Source of the DNA: an uncultured Victivallales bacterium
Lineage (GTDB): Bacteria; Verrucomicrobiota; Kiritimatiellia; UBA8416; CAYOBW01
NCBI GenBank assembly: GCA_964555035.1
Contig: CAZKRK010000046.1
Span: 1 to 29,411 of the forward strand
Reading direction: 5' to 3'
DNA: 29,411 nt
The translations under genes and the position numbers were made by a program. Below, piece after piece: positions 7,857 to 17,062 of the stretch (its first letter is position 1; every line of letters starts with the position of its first letter). The notes beneath the pieces were generated by a model. It worked only from the letters and a program-made list of their open reading frames with translations, made no database searches and was not told the DNA's origin.

Positions 7857-10800
7857 ATGAGGCAGAACCGGCTCTTTCTCGACCTCGAAACAACCCGGAG
7901 CGGACGCATTCGCAAAGTCGGCGCCGTATTCGGCGATCGTGTTGTGTCGTCGGCACACGACGGGGGCGTGCAACGGGCGCTGTCCATTCTGGACCGAATA
8001 GCCGGCCAGGCCGAGTGCCTCGCGGGACACAACATCGTCGATCACGACCTGCCTGCTCTTCGCCATTGCCGTGCGGACTTGAAACTCCTGCAGGTTCCCG
8101 TGATCGATACGCTCTACCTCTCGCCGATCTGCTTTCCCGAAAATCCCTATCATTGCCTGGTCAAGGACTACAAGTTGGTCTCGGAAACCGTCAGCGATCC
8201 TGTCGAAGACGCCCGCCTGGCCGCAACGCTGTTCGAGGACGAAATCGCGTCTCTGATCGGTATCCGAGAAAGCAGTCCCGAGCTTTTCAAAGCGTTGCAC
8301 CTGCTGACCACAAAGACATCGCCGTCGGATCCCGGATCTCATGCGACCGGAATGAGGCATCTGTTCCGGAGCCTCGGGGCCGACGCGGTCACCGATGACG
8401 CGCTCGAGTGTGTCCGCGGGATGGCGGCGCAGTACGGCTGTCGAACGGCAGCCGTACGCTTGGACCACACGAACCTCACGTCCGCGCAGAAGTGCTGGGC
8501 GCTGGCCTTCGTGCTGACCTGGTTGCGCGTGTCCGGCTCGGATTCCGTCATTCCGCCCTGGGTGCGGCACCGCCACCCGTCCGTCAGCGTATTCCTTCAT
8601 GCGCTCCGGGATGTTCCTTGTGACGACGCGGATTGCCGGTATTGTGCCGAAACCCACAGTCCCGAGAAGCAGCTCAAGCGGTTCTTCGGGTTCGACTGCT
8701 TCCGACCCACGCCGCATGATGGGAACGGCGGCAGCCTGCAACGCCGCATCGTGTTGGCGGGGATGCAGGGAGAATCGCTCCTGGCGATCCTGCCGACAGG
8801 CGGCGGCAAGTCACTCTGCTACCAACTGCCCGCACTTGTCCGCAGCGTCCGGCGAGGGCAGTTGACGGTCGTGATCTCCCCCCTGCAGGCGTTGATGAAA
8901 GACCAGGTGGACGGGCTGCAACGCCGCACCGGCCTTGAAAACGCCGCCGCGCTCTACGGCCTTCTGACGCCGCCCGAGCGTGGTGACGTACTCCGACGTC
9001 TCAGGACAGGTGACATAGCGGTTCTGTACGTATCTCCGGAGCAACTCCGCAACGCTTCCTTCACCAGGGCAATCTCGCAGCGGGAGGTCGGTTGCTGGGT
9101 CGTCGACGAGGCGCATTGCCTGTCGAAATGGGGACACGATTTCCGCCCCGACTACCTCTACATCGGCCGCTTCATGCGCGAGCTCGCCAAGCGTCAGGGA
9201 TGCCCCTTGCCTCCCGTTGCCTGTTTCACCGCCACGGCCAAGCGCGATGTCGCCGAAGAGATCATGGCCTACTTTCAACGTGAGACGGCCATGCCCGTTG
9301 CCCTCTACCAGGGCGGCGTCGAACGCGAGAACCTGTGTTTCGAAGTGCAGACAGTCAGCGCGCCGGCCAAGCTGGGGCGAATCGACGAGTTGCTGCACGA
9401 CCGATTGGATGCGAACGGGAACGAAGGAAGCGCGATCGTCTTTCGTACTACGCGCCGGCTCGCCGAAGAAACGGCCGAGTACTTGTGCAACCAGGGGTGG
9501 CAGGCGGCGTTCTTTCACGCCGGCATGACGCCGCCGGAAAAGAAGCGCACGCAGGACGCGTTTCTCGACGGCGAGCTGCGCGTGATCTGCGCGACGAACG
9601 CGTTCGGCATGGGGATCGACAAGGACGACGTCAGGCTTGTCGTGCACGGCGATTCGCCGGCTTCGATCGAAAACTACCTGCAGGAAGCCGGCCGGGCGGG
9701 CCGTGATCGCGGCCGTGCCGACTGCGTGTTGCTCTATGACGAGGAGGACTGCGAGCAGCAGTTCCGTCTCGGCGCCTTTTCAGAACTGAGCCGGCGCGAT
9801 ATCGCCCAGATTCTGCGCGGGCTCCGTAAAGCCACCCGCACGCACGGCTCGGACAGCGTCGTGATCACGACCGGCGAGCTCATGCGCGACGAGGATGTCG
9901 ACACCACATTCGGGCCCGAAGACCTGTCGGCCGACACCAAAGTACGCGCCGCGATGTCCTGGCTCGAACGTGCCGGCTTCGTCGAACGCAACCAGAATCG
10001 CACCAACGTCTTTCAGGCGCGCCTCCTGGTACGCTCCACCGGGGAGGCGGAGGAGAAGCTCGCGCAGCTCGGCCTGTCCGACGCGGAGTCCCGGCTCTGG
10101 CTCGCCATCGTGCGTGAAATGATCAATGCCGGGGAAACCGACAGCCTGACCGTAGACGGGTTGGCTCTGCTGCCTGAATTCCAAGGCTATCTGAAGACCG
10201 GGGCGGAGTTCATACCGCACCATGTCGTGCGCGAGGGACGCAGCCAGGAGTATCTGAGTTCAAAGGTCCTCAAGGTCCTTAACTCCATGACGAACGTCGG
10301 GATCATGAAGAAGGATACGCTGCTCACCGCGTTCATTGCCTACAAGGTGGCCAACCACTCGCGCGTGCGTTTCGATCGGGTCTGCGCGAGCGATCGCGAA
10401 ATGCTGAAGGTGTTGATGGAAGAAGAGCCCGATCCGGAAGGCTGGCTGCCGCTCAATCTCCGTCTGCTGAACCAGACATTGCTGGATCGCGATGTTTCCG
10501 CGTCACCCCCTTTCCTGCGCAGGTTGTTGCGCAGCTTGAGCGAGGACGGCAAAGGGTTCTCGGGACAAAGGGGCAGCATCGAGTTGCGCCACGTCGGCCG
10601 CGATGCCTATCGGGTTCGGCTGCGGCGCGAGTGGGCACAGATCGCGGAGCTTGCCGAACGCAGGCGTCGCGTGGCCGGTGTGCTGCTCGACGCGATTGTC
10701 TCCAAAGTGCCGTCCGCCACTCCGCCTCGAGCGGACCTCCTCGTGGAGTTCTCTTTCGAAGAACTGACCGCCGCGCTCAACCGGGATCTCGCTCTGCGCT

Positions 10801-13073
10801 CGGACGTCCGCGACATGCAGGCCGCCATCGAACGGGGACTCATGTTCCTGCACGAGCAGAATGTCATTGTCTTGCAGCAAGGACTGGCGGTGTTCCGCTC
10901 GGCCATGACCGTTCGTGTGCTGCCTGAATCGAAAGGGCTGCGCTACACGCAGGACCAGTACCAGGCGCTCGAGCACCACTACCGCGAACGTGTGTTCCAG
11001 GTGCACGTCATGAACGAATACGCCCGGTACGGGATCGAGAAGATCCAGGAGGCGTTGGCTCTGGTTGTGGCATACTTCACAATGGAGAGGGAAGCCTTCA
11101 TTGCCCGCTTCTTCGGATCACGCCGCGAGCTCTTGGAACGTGCAACGACGGCACGCTCATACCGTCGGATTGTCGATGCCCTGGGCAACCGCGAACAGAT
11201 CCGCATCGTGACGGCGCCGCTCAACAAGAACATGCTCATCCTGGCGGGACCCGGATCGGGAAAGACGCGCACCGTCGTCCACCGGTGCGCCTACCTGTTG
11301 CGCGTGAAACGCGTGCGCCCCTCTTCCGTTCTCGTCTGTTGCTTCAACCACAAGGCAGCGCTCGAATTGCGCAGACGCCTCGCGGAGCTTGTCGGCCGCG
11401 ACGCCTGCGGCGTCACGGTTCAGACATACCACGGATTGGCCCTGCGACTGCTGGGGTTCTCGTGCAGCGCGATGAAACCGGACGCTCGCGATTCGCTCGA
11501 CTTCGACAGGTTGATCGTGGACGCCGTGGACCTTCTTGAAGGCGGAAAGGCCGCGGCTGGCCTCGAATCCGACGAAACGCGTGACCGGCTCTTGGCGGGA
11601 TACGAACACATCCTCGTCGACGAGTATCAGGACATCGACGAGGCGCAGTACCATATGATCGGCGCAATCGCCGGGCGGACCCTTGAAGATGGCGATCGCA
11701 AGCTCACCATCCTTGCCGTCGGAGACGATGACCAGTCCATCTACGGTTTCCGCGGCGCGAACGTCACGTTCATTCGCCGTTTCTGCGAAGACTTCGAGGC
11801 CGCCACACACCACCTCGTCGAGAACTACCGGTCTACCCGCTACATCATCGAAGCGGCGAACAGCGTCATTGCCCGCAACCGTGATCGAATGAAGTGCGAC
11901 TTGCCTATTCGCGTTGACGAAGGCCGCCAGCTTTCCCACCCCGGGGGGGCGATTGCCTCACTGCATCCGGAGACAAACGGACGCGTTGCCGTCGTCTCCG
12001 TGCGGGATGACGCCGCACAGGCTGTCGCCGCCGGGACCGAGATTGAGCGGCTTCGGACCCTTGGCGCGAAAGACTGGTCTCGAACGGCAATCCTCTCGCG
12101 AACGCGCCGCGATTTGTCGCTCGTACGCGTCGCGTTGGAGGCGAAATCGATTCCGGTCCAATGGCCTCTGCAGCGCAACAAGCTGCCCTCGATCTACCGA
12201 ATGCGCGAGGTCCATCGTGCTCTCGGCACACTCCGCGAGATGCGAAGCAGCAACAGAACGGCATCGGAGCTCTTCGAGCGCGTCGTCATGCCACCCGGTT
12301 CTTGCGGCAACGCGTGGGCGGGCATGATCGAATCCCTCTTGAGCGCATGGCAGGACGAAACCGGCAACGCCAGCCTTCCCGTTGGTGCTTGCGTCGATTT
12401 CCTCTACGAGTCGCTCGCACAGCGCCGGAGAGACGAACAGTTTGGCGTCGGCGTCGTCCTGAACACGGTCCACGCGGCCAAGGGAACGGAGTACGACCAC
12501 GTTATTCTTTGCGGCGATTGGTCCAATGGGAGCAATGCCGCGGACATCGAAGAAGAACGCCGCGTCTTCTACGTCGGCATGACACGTGCGCGGCATTCGC
12601 TGTGCATTCTCGATCGCGCCGATACGCGCAACCCGTTCCGTGGAGAGCTGGTTGGCCCTTGTTTCGCCCCGCGACATGAGATGGGCCCCGCGAACGGCAA
12701 TCTCGCCTATCGCGACTACACGCTGCTTGGTCTCGATGACATGTTCCTGGACTTTGCGGGCCGGCAGCCGGCCCGCCACCGCGTTCACGAGGCTCTGTCC
12801 GAGCTGAAGCCCGGAGCATCTCTGCAGGCACAAGCGCAGGATGGCCGCGTCTGGCTGGTCCATGGGGCAGGGACAACGATCGGCGCTTTGTCCGCACAGG
12901 CGACAGAACTCTGGCGCGATCGCCTCGACGACATCGACTCGATCCGCGTGGTCGGAATGTACACGCGCCTGCGCGAGGACATCGGCGACAGGAACTTCCT
13001 TGCCCGCATCCGCTGCGACTCGTGGGAAGTCCCGGTCTGCGAGGTCCGCTCCATGCCGGCCGGGCAGGACTGA
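7857..13073 (+). CDS. Giant multidomain DNA helicase: N-terminal DEDDh 3'-5' exonuclease, RecQ-family helicase core, and C-terminal UvrD/PcrA-type SF1 helicase (1738 aa)
   Basis: Exonuclease motifs are Exo I LFLDLETT, Exo II GHNIVDHDLPAL and Exo III DPVEDARLAATLF. RecQ motifs are PTGGGKSLCYQLPA (motif I), VVDEAHCLSKWGHDFRPDY (DEAH plus the RecQ signature) and FHAGMTPPEKKRTQDAFLDGELRVICATNAFGMGIDKDDV, ending at QEAGRAGRD (motifs IV-VI). UvrD motifs are AGPGSGKT (I), ILVDEYQDID (II), VGDDDQSIYGFRGA (III), ENYRSTRYI (IV), VHAAKGTEYDHV (V) and VFYVGMTRARHSL (VI). The start is placed at MRQNRLFLDLETT so that Exo I lies at the N-terminus. The ORF track starts it at 7725. Confidence 0.85.
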   Translation: MRQNRLFLDLETTRSGRIRKVGAVFGDRVVSSAHDGGVQRALSILDRIAGQAECLAGHNIVDHDLPALRHCRADLKLLQVPVIDTLYLSPICFPENPYHCLVKDYKLVSETVSDPVEDARLAATLFEDEIASLIGIRESSPELFKALHLLTTKTSPSDPGSHATGMRHLFRSLGADAVTDDALECVRGMAAQYGCRTAAVRLDHTNLTSAQKCWALAFVLTWLRVSGSDSVIPPWVRHRHPSVSVFLHALRDVPCDDADCRYCAETHSPEKQLKRFFGFDCFRPTPHDGNGGSLQRRIVLAGMQGESLLAILPTGGGKSLCYQLPALVRSVRRGQLTVVISPLQALMKDQVDGLQRRTGLENAAALYGLLTPPERGDVLRRLRTGDIAVLYVSPEQLRNASFTRAISQREVGCWVVDEAHCLSKWGHDFRPDYLYIGRFMRELAKRQGCPLPPVACFTATAKRDVAEEIMAYFQRETAMPVALYQGGVERENLCFEVQTVSAPAKLGRIDELLHDRLDANGNEGSAIVFRTTRRLAEETAEYLCNQGWQAAFFHAGMTPPEKKRTQDAFLDGELRVICATNAFGMGIDKDDVRLVVHGDSPASIENYLQEAGRAGRDRGRADCVLLYDEEDCEQQFRLGAFSELSRRDIAQILRGLRKATRTHGSDSVVITTGELMRDEDVDTTFGPEDLSADTKVRAAMSWLERAGFVERNQNRTNVFQARLLVRSTGEAEEKLAQLGLSDAESRLWLAIVREMINAGETDSLTVDGLALLPEFQGYLKTGAEFIPHHVVREGRSQEYLSSKVLKVLNSMTNVGIMKKDTLLTAFIAYKVANHSRVRFDRVCASDREMLKVLMEEEPDPEGWLPLNLRLLNQTLLDRDVSASPPFLRRLLRSLSEDGKGFSGQRGSIELRHVGRDAYRVRLRREWAQIAELAERRRRVAGVLLDAIVSKVPSATPPRADLLVEFSFEELTAALNRDLALRSDVRDMQAAIERGLMFLHEQNVIVLQQGLAVFRSAMTVRVLPESKGLRYTQDQYQALEHHYRERVFQVHVMNEYARYGIEKIQEALALVVAYFTMEREAFIARFFGSRRELLERATTARSYRRIVDALGNREQIRIVTAPLNKNMLILAGPGSGKTRTVVHRCAYLLRVKRVRPSSVLVCCFNHKAALELRRRLAELVGRDACGVTVQTYHGLALRLLGFSCSAMKPDARDSLDFDRLIVDAVDLLEGGKAAAGLESDETRDRLLAGYEHILVDEYQDIDEAQYHMIGAIAGRTLEDGDRKLTILAVGDDDQSIYGFRGANVTFIRRFCEDFEAATHHLVENYRSTRYIIEAANSVIARNRDRMKCDLPIRVDEGRQLSHPGGAIASLHPETNGRVAVVSVRDDAAQAVAAGTEIERLRTLGAKDWSRTAILSRTRRDLSLVRVALEAKSIPVQWPLQRNKLPSIYRMREVHRALGTLREMRSSNRTASELFERVVMPPGSCGNAWAGMIESLLSAWQDETGNASLPVGACVDFLYESLAQRRRDEQFGVGVVLNTVHAAKGTEYDHVILCGDWSNGSNAADIEEERRVFYVGMTRARHSLCILDRADTRNPFRGELVGPCFAPRHEMGPANGNLAYRDYTLLGLDDMFLDFAGRQPARHRVHEALSELKPGASLQAQAQDGRVWLVHGAGTTIGALSAQATELWRDRLDDIDSIRVVGMYTRLREDIGDRNFLARIRCDSWEVPVCEVRSMPAGQD

Positions 13074-13139
13074 GTTCGTCGATCGCTCCGCCTATGCCGC
13101 CCCTCCGGGGCTTGTTTCCATGCTCGACGCATGTGCGGC

Positions 13140-13251
13140 AAACGTAGGTCCGATTTGCAATCGGACCCAACTCCGGTCGGGTCTGGTCAGCCGTGGCGTT
13201 ATCTGAGGCAACCAGCGGGGTTGGGTCCGATTGCAAATCGGACCTACGTTT
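13140..13251. repeat. MITE-like element with perfect 32-bp TIRs (13140-13171 and 13220-13251), each with an inner hairpin ggtccgatt-tgc-aatcggacc
   Basis: IR-L aaacgtaggtccgatttgcaatcggacccaac is the exact reverse complement of IR-R. The spacer is 48 bp. The inner hairpin has the same architecture as the 1856-1984 element, with two compensatory stem changes (c:g to t:a and g:c to c:g). It lies between the convergent helicase genes. Confidence 0.75.
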
Positions 13252-13350
13252 ACCGCTCACGCACGTTCCGGCCCTCGGGGAGTCACGAAGCATCCGCTTC
13301 TTCCGCACGAAGGTGTCACAGTTGTTTCCGAGAGGTAAGGTAGTCTGGGC

Positions 13351-16122
13351 CTACGGTCGCGCCAACTCCGCCTCGACGCGCGCGACGAGGTCCAGTCCCT
13401 CTTGGAGAGCACCATCGCCGTCGCTTCCGCCGCCGTCGAAGGCGGCCAGGGCAGAGACGAGGGCTGCGGGTTCTGTCGGGAGCTCGGAACCGTCGCCGTC
13501 GGGCTTTGTTCCGGGACCGTGGTGCAGGACGACGACCGCTTCGCGCCCCGCTCCCAGAACCGTCGCAAGGTGCGGGAGTGCCTGCTCCGCAAGACCCACA
13601 CCCGCCAACGCCTCGACGGCCTTGCGCTCGGCTGCGGTCGTTGCCCAGACCTTGCGTGCCGCGGCACGGTGGAGCTTCGGCTTGGGCCGTTCCCGCGGGG
13701 GCAATGGCGTGTAGCCGTCGGCGGCATGTACCGTATCGATGTCGGCGGACAGCGTGAGGATGCCCATTTCCTGAAGCCGCAGCAGCATCGCGTGCATCTC
13801 CGGCGTAATGACCTCGGCCGTGGCGCCTGCCGCCTCGGCCGTATCGCGAAGCGCATCGAGGTCCGTTCCGGGGCGCGACACGACTACCGTCCCGCCGGTT
13901 TTGGCGTTGCGTTCGATGCCGAGGATGATGTCCGCGTGGCGCGCCGTGAGTTCTTCCTTCAGTGTCCTGGGTTTCTCTTCGCGAGCCGGTGGGGCAGGCG
14001 CCACGGGCTCCCCGCCCAGCAATTCGCCGACGCGCGCCGCAAAGGCCTGGCGACCGGTTTTGCCGCTCGGCCGTTCCTCGAACGCGGCCCCGTCCAGCAC
14101 GGAGTCGGCCAGCGCGGTCTTGTACGCCAACTTGTCGAGCATGGCGCTTTCGATCGAGCGTTCCGCGACCAGGTTGACGACGCGCACGCTTCGCTTCTGG
14201 TGCTTGCGCCAGGCCCGCGCGATGCGCTGCTCCAGCTTCGCCGGATTCCAGGGCAGGTCGAGGTTGATCACGATGTTCGCGGCCTGCAGGTTCAGACCCG
14301 CGCCGCCTGACTCGGACGAGAGAAACACGCGGCAGTCGGCATTCTGCTTGAACATGCGGATCTGCTCGCGCCGTTTCTGCTGGGGGATTCTGCCGGTGTG
14401 TTCCGCGAACCCGATTCCTTTTGCGGTCAGCAGTTCCTTTACGAGGTCGAGCATGCGCACCCACTCCGAGAATATGATGACCTTCGCCTCCGGGTCGTCA
14501 CCCAGCAGGTCGTCGAGGATGTTCTCCAGCTCCTCCAGCTTCGGACAGTCACGGCACTCGGGGTCAAGGATGTAGGGCGTGTCGCAGATCATGCGCATGC
14601 AACCCAGCAAGAGCAGAAGGCGTTCCTGCTCCTTCTTCGTCAACGGGCGCCGTTTCATGATCGAAACGAGCATGGCCACGTCGTATTCGATCTCGGCATA
14701 GCGCGCCCGCTGCTCTTTTGTCATGGAAACGAAGAAGTTCTTGTCGGTACGTTCCGGCAAGGCGTCTTCGACGTCGCTCTTGCGGCGGCGCAACATCACC
14801 GACGAGACCGTGCGGTGCAGCTTGTCCAGGTTCCTGGGGCGGACCTCGTTGTCGGAAGTGAGTTCCATAAACGCGCGCTGAAAACGGAAGAGCGACCCGA
14901 ACACGTGTGGGTCGACGAACTCGACCAACGAGTACAACTCCTCGATGCGGTTTTCCAAGGGCGTTCCGGTCAGCACGAATGCGTATGGACTGCGCACCCG
15001 CTTGATCGTTTTGGCGGTCTTCGTGGGCCAGTTCTTGATGCGTTGCGCCTCATCGAGGATGACGAGGTCCGGAACGAGCAGGCGGTTGATATCGTCCACG
15101 TCATTGCGTACCTGCTCGTAGTTGCAGAGGCTGTACGGATGCTCCTCGGCATAGAGGCGCAGGCGGGCGGGCCGCGATCCGAAGACCGGCTTGGCCTGGC
15201 GGCCGGTGAACTGCATGATCTGGTCCTCCCACTCCGCCTTGAGCGAAGCGGGGCTGACCACCAGCACGCGGCGCACGCGGCCGGACTGGCGCAGCAGCTC
15301 GGCGGCGGCAATCGCCTGCACCGTCTTGCCGAGCCCCATCTCGTCGGCCAGCAGGGCGCGACCGGTGAAAGCCAGATGTGCCATGCCCGCTTTCTGATAG
15401 GGGTACAAGGGAAGGACAACGGGGTTGTCGGTGCGTTTGGCGGCTGCCACGTCGCGATCGAAATGCCGCCGCAGCTCGTCAAGGTCCGTCCTGAACCTCT
15501 CTCGCTCGAGCCAGTAGTCGACGTGTTCGGACAGACGCACGCCCTTCCGCGCCGATGCGGTGAGCATGGCCGTGGCGCGTTCCGCGGCCGTGCACGCGTC
15601 CGTATTGCCGGCCAGGGCGAAGCCTTCATCGCCGAACAGCGACCCCACGCGCCTCTCGACCGCGGCGATGCCCGCTGCCGGCCGCAACAGGCGCAACCGC
15701 GGATTGGGTCCGCGAACGTCCATGAAAATCTCGTAGGCAGGCGATCCCGCCTTTGCCGCGCGGGCAAAGGCGCGCTTCTTGCGGTGCTGGATGAACTGCC
15801 GCACACGCTCGATGTGCTTGCAGCACCCGAGGCGGTTCATGCGGTAGTCCTGACACGAACAACTGTTCAGGTTCTCCGACAGACTCCGAATCTCGACGCG
15901 GTAGGGTTGCTCCCACTGCGTGGACGAGACCTCGAAGAGACCGTGGAAATCGTCACGCATCGCCACGCGGGTGACCTGCGCCTTTTCCTTCTCGGCACTC
16001 TCGCGCCGCAGCACGATGCTCTGCTCATCCGTCGGAAAGCCAACCCGTTTCGGTGGCCGTTTCTGGACCTGTTTGGCCTTCTTGCTTCTGCGTTTCTTCC
16101 GCGTCTTCCGTTCCAAGCTCAT
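13351..16122 (-). CDS. SNF2-family (Swi2/Snf2) DNA-dependent ATPase/helicase with an N-terminal SWIM zinc finger
   Basis: The SWIM finger is CSCQDYRMNRLGCCKH. SNF2 motifs are LADEMGLGKT (I), LVILDEAQRIKN (II, DEAQ), VLTGTPLENRIEELYSLVEFV (III), and the C-terminal helicase domain LSSESGGAGLNLQAANIVINLDLPWNPAKLEQRIARAWRKHQ. A basic N-terminal tail and an Ala/Gly-rich region of about 250 aa at the C-terminus are uncharacterised. Confidence 0.9.
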   Translation of the reverse strand: MSLERKTRKKRRSKKAKQVQKRPPKRVGFPTDEQSIVLRRESAEKEKAQVTRVAMRDDFHGLFEVSSTQWEQPYRVEIRSLSENLNSCSCQDYRMNRLGCCKHIERVRQFIQHRKKRAFARAAKAGSPAYEIFMDVRGPNPRLRLLRPAAGIAAVERRVGSLFGDEGFALAGNTDACTAAERATAMLTASARKGVRLSEHVDYWLERERFRTDLDELRRHFDRDVAAAKRTDNPVVLPLYPYQKAGMAHLAFTGRALLADEMGLGKTVQAIAAAELLRQSGRVRRVLVVSPASLKAEWEDQIMQFTGRQAKPVFGSRPARLRLYAEEHPYSLCNYEQVRNDVDDINRLLVPDLVILDEAQRIKNWPTKTAKTIKRVRSPYAFVLTGTPLENRIEELYSLVEFVDPHVFGSLFRFQRAFMELTSDNEVRPRNLDKLHRTVSSVMLRRRKSDVEDALPERTDKNFFVSMTKEQRARYAEIEYDVAMLVSIMKRRPLTKKEQERLLLLLGCMRMICDTPYILDPECRDCPKLEELENILDDLLGDDPEAKVIIFSEWVRMLDLVKELLTAKGIGFAEHTGRIPQQKRREQIRMFKQNADCRVFLSSESGGAGLNLQAANIVINLDLPWNPAKLEQRIARAWRKHQKRSVRVVNLVAERSIESAMLDKLAYKTALADSVLDGAAFEERPSGKTGRQAFAARVGELLGGEPVAPAPPAREEKPRTLKEELTARHADIILGIERNAKTGGTVVVSRPGTDLDALRDTAEAAGATAEVITPEMHAMLLRLQEMGILTLSADIDTVHAADGYTPLPPRERPKPKLHRAAARKVWATTAAERKAVEALAGVGLAEQALPHLATVLGAGREAVVVLHHGPGTKPDGDGSELPTEPAALVSALAAFDGGGSDGDGALQEGLDLVARVEAELARP

Positions 16123-16269
16123 GTGCGCCTCAATACGTTGTCCGTGAATAAGCGATGTCCGGCAAGACTAGCCATGGAGAGGGGCGGGGTGCAAGAACTC
16201 TCGCAACCCTAACGACAGAAACGTGACCGATGACGTGGGGTAGCCATAGAAGCAAGCTCGCCGGCGCTC

Positions 16270-16297
16270 AGGCTCACACCTTGTAAAGTGTGAGCCT
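16270..16297. terminator. Hairpin aggctcacac-cttgtaaa-gtgtgagcct overlapping the ArsR stop codon
   Basis: It has a 10-bp perfect stem. It is nearly identical to the palindrome at 16897-16930 at the other end of the same gene. Confidence 0.5.
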
Positions 16298-16907
16298 ACC
16301 CCTCCATGCAAGCGATTCGTACCAACTCATGCGCAAGAGGCGATAACTTCCGCGCCAGGGCGTATGTCCCGCGTTGGTTCCGGACGACAATGTCACGGCG
16401 CACCAGTTTGCTCACATGACGCTTCATCGCCGGCAGAGAAATGCCGCATCGAACAACCAGTGCCACAATCGACAACCCCGGCGAGCGATTCAGTTCCCGC
16501 ACGATCCGGATGCGTCTAGGATGTGTGAAAGCTGTAAGGTTCCGAAACGCCCCCTCGATGGCGCCTAGGCGCCTGGAAAGCTGTCGTTTCATCGCGGTGA
16601 CAAGGGCCTCGGAAAACGAGATCGTGCTGTTTGGAGACACAGTGTACACGACCCAACGACTCGTCCGCCGCGCATCCAGGATGCCTCTGGCGTTGAGAGC
16701 CCGAAGACATTGGCTCGCACTGGATTCCGATATGCCTACCTGCGCGGCGACATCGGAGACGCACTGCCGTTGATGTCGAAGCAGAAACCGCAACACAGCG
16801 AGCCGTCTCCGGTTCGCCAATGCCCGGCATGTGCGCCAAAGCGTAGGACTGAGTGAACGCGCGTTCTCCATACCATCTCCAAGTAGACACCTCAACGCCA
16901 GGCTCAC
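16296..16907 (-). CDS. Transcriptional regulator with two tandem ArsR/SmtB-type winged-HTH domains
   Basis: The first wHTH is CRALANRRRLAVLRFLL...VSDVAAQVGISESSASQCLRALNARGIL. The second is RRIRIVRELNRSPGLSIVALVVRCGISLPAMKRHVSKLVRRDIV. The track start is a GTG at 16907. An internal ATG start (MENARSL) at 16871 is possible. Confidence 0.7.
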   Translation of the reverse strand: MSLALRCLLGDGMENARSLSPTLWRTCRALANRRRLAVLRFLLRHQRQCVSDVAAQVGISESSASQCLRALNARGILDARRTSRWVVYTVSPNSTISFSEALVTAMKRQLSRRLGAIEGAFRNLTAFTHPRRIRIVRELNRSPGLSIVALVVRCGISLPAMKRHVSKLVRRDIVVRNQRGTYALARKLSPLAHELVRIACMEG

Positions 16908-16930
16908 ACGTTATAAGGTGTGAGCCTGGC
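16897..16930. promoter_or_regulatory. 13-bp-stem palindrome gccaggctcacac-gttataag-gtgtgagcctggc overlapping the ArsR start region (candidate operator)
   Basis: It is identical in core to the 16270-16297 hairpin (caggctcacac ... gtgtgagcct, loop ttRtaaRg). ArsR-family proteins bind dyad-symmetric operators that overlap their own promoters. Confidence 0.5.
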
Positions 16931-17062
16931 GTCAATCAGAAACTCGTGGCATCGGCATCCAAGCCAGGTTCCTTGACTGCGGCGACTACTACGACGTTGG
17001 TCTTGACAAGTACTGCCCACTGAGCGCTGGGATGGCAGAAGTCCTTACCTCGTGGAACTATC

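Noticed and set aside
8811-16212. Numerous 150-600-aa ORFs on the strand opposite the two helicase genes (e.g. 8811-9647, 11157-11939, 11958-12863, 13316-14464, 14398-16212)
   Set aside because: They overlap the helicase genes along their full length. Those helicase genes are well supported by ordered conserved motifs. The translations are Arg/Pro/Gly-rich with no domain signatures, so these are GC-driven spurious frames.
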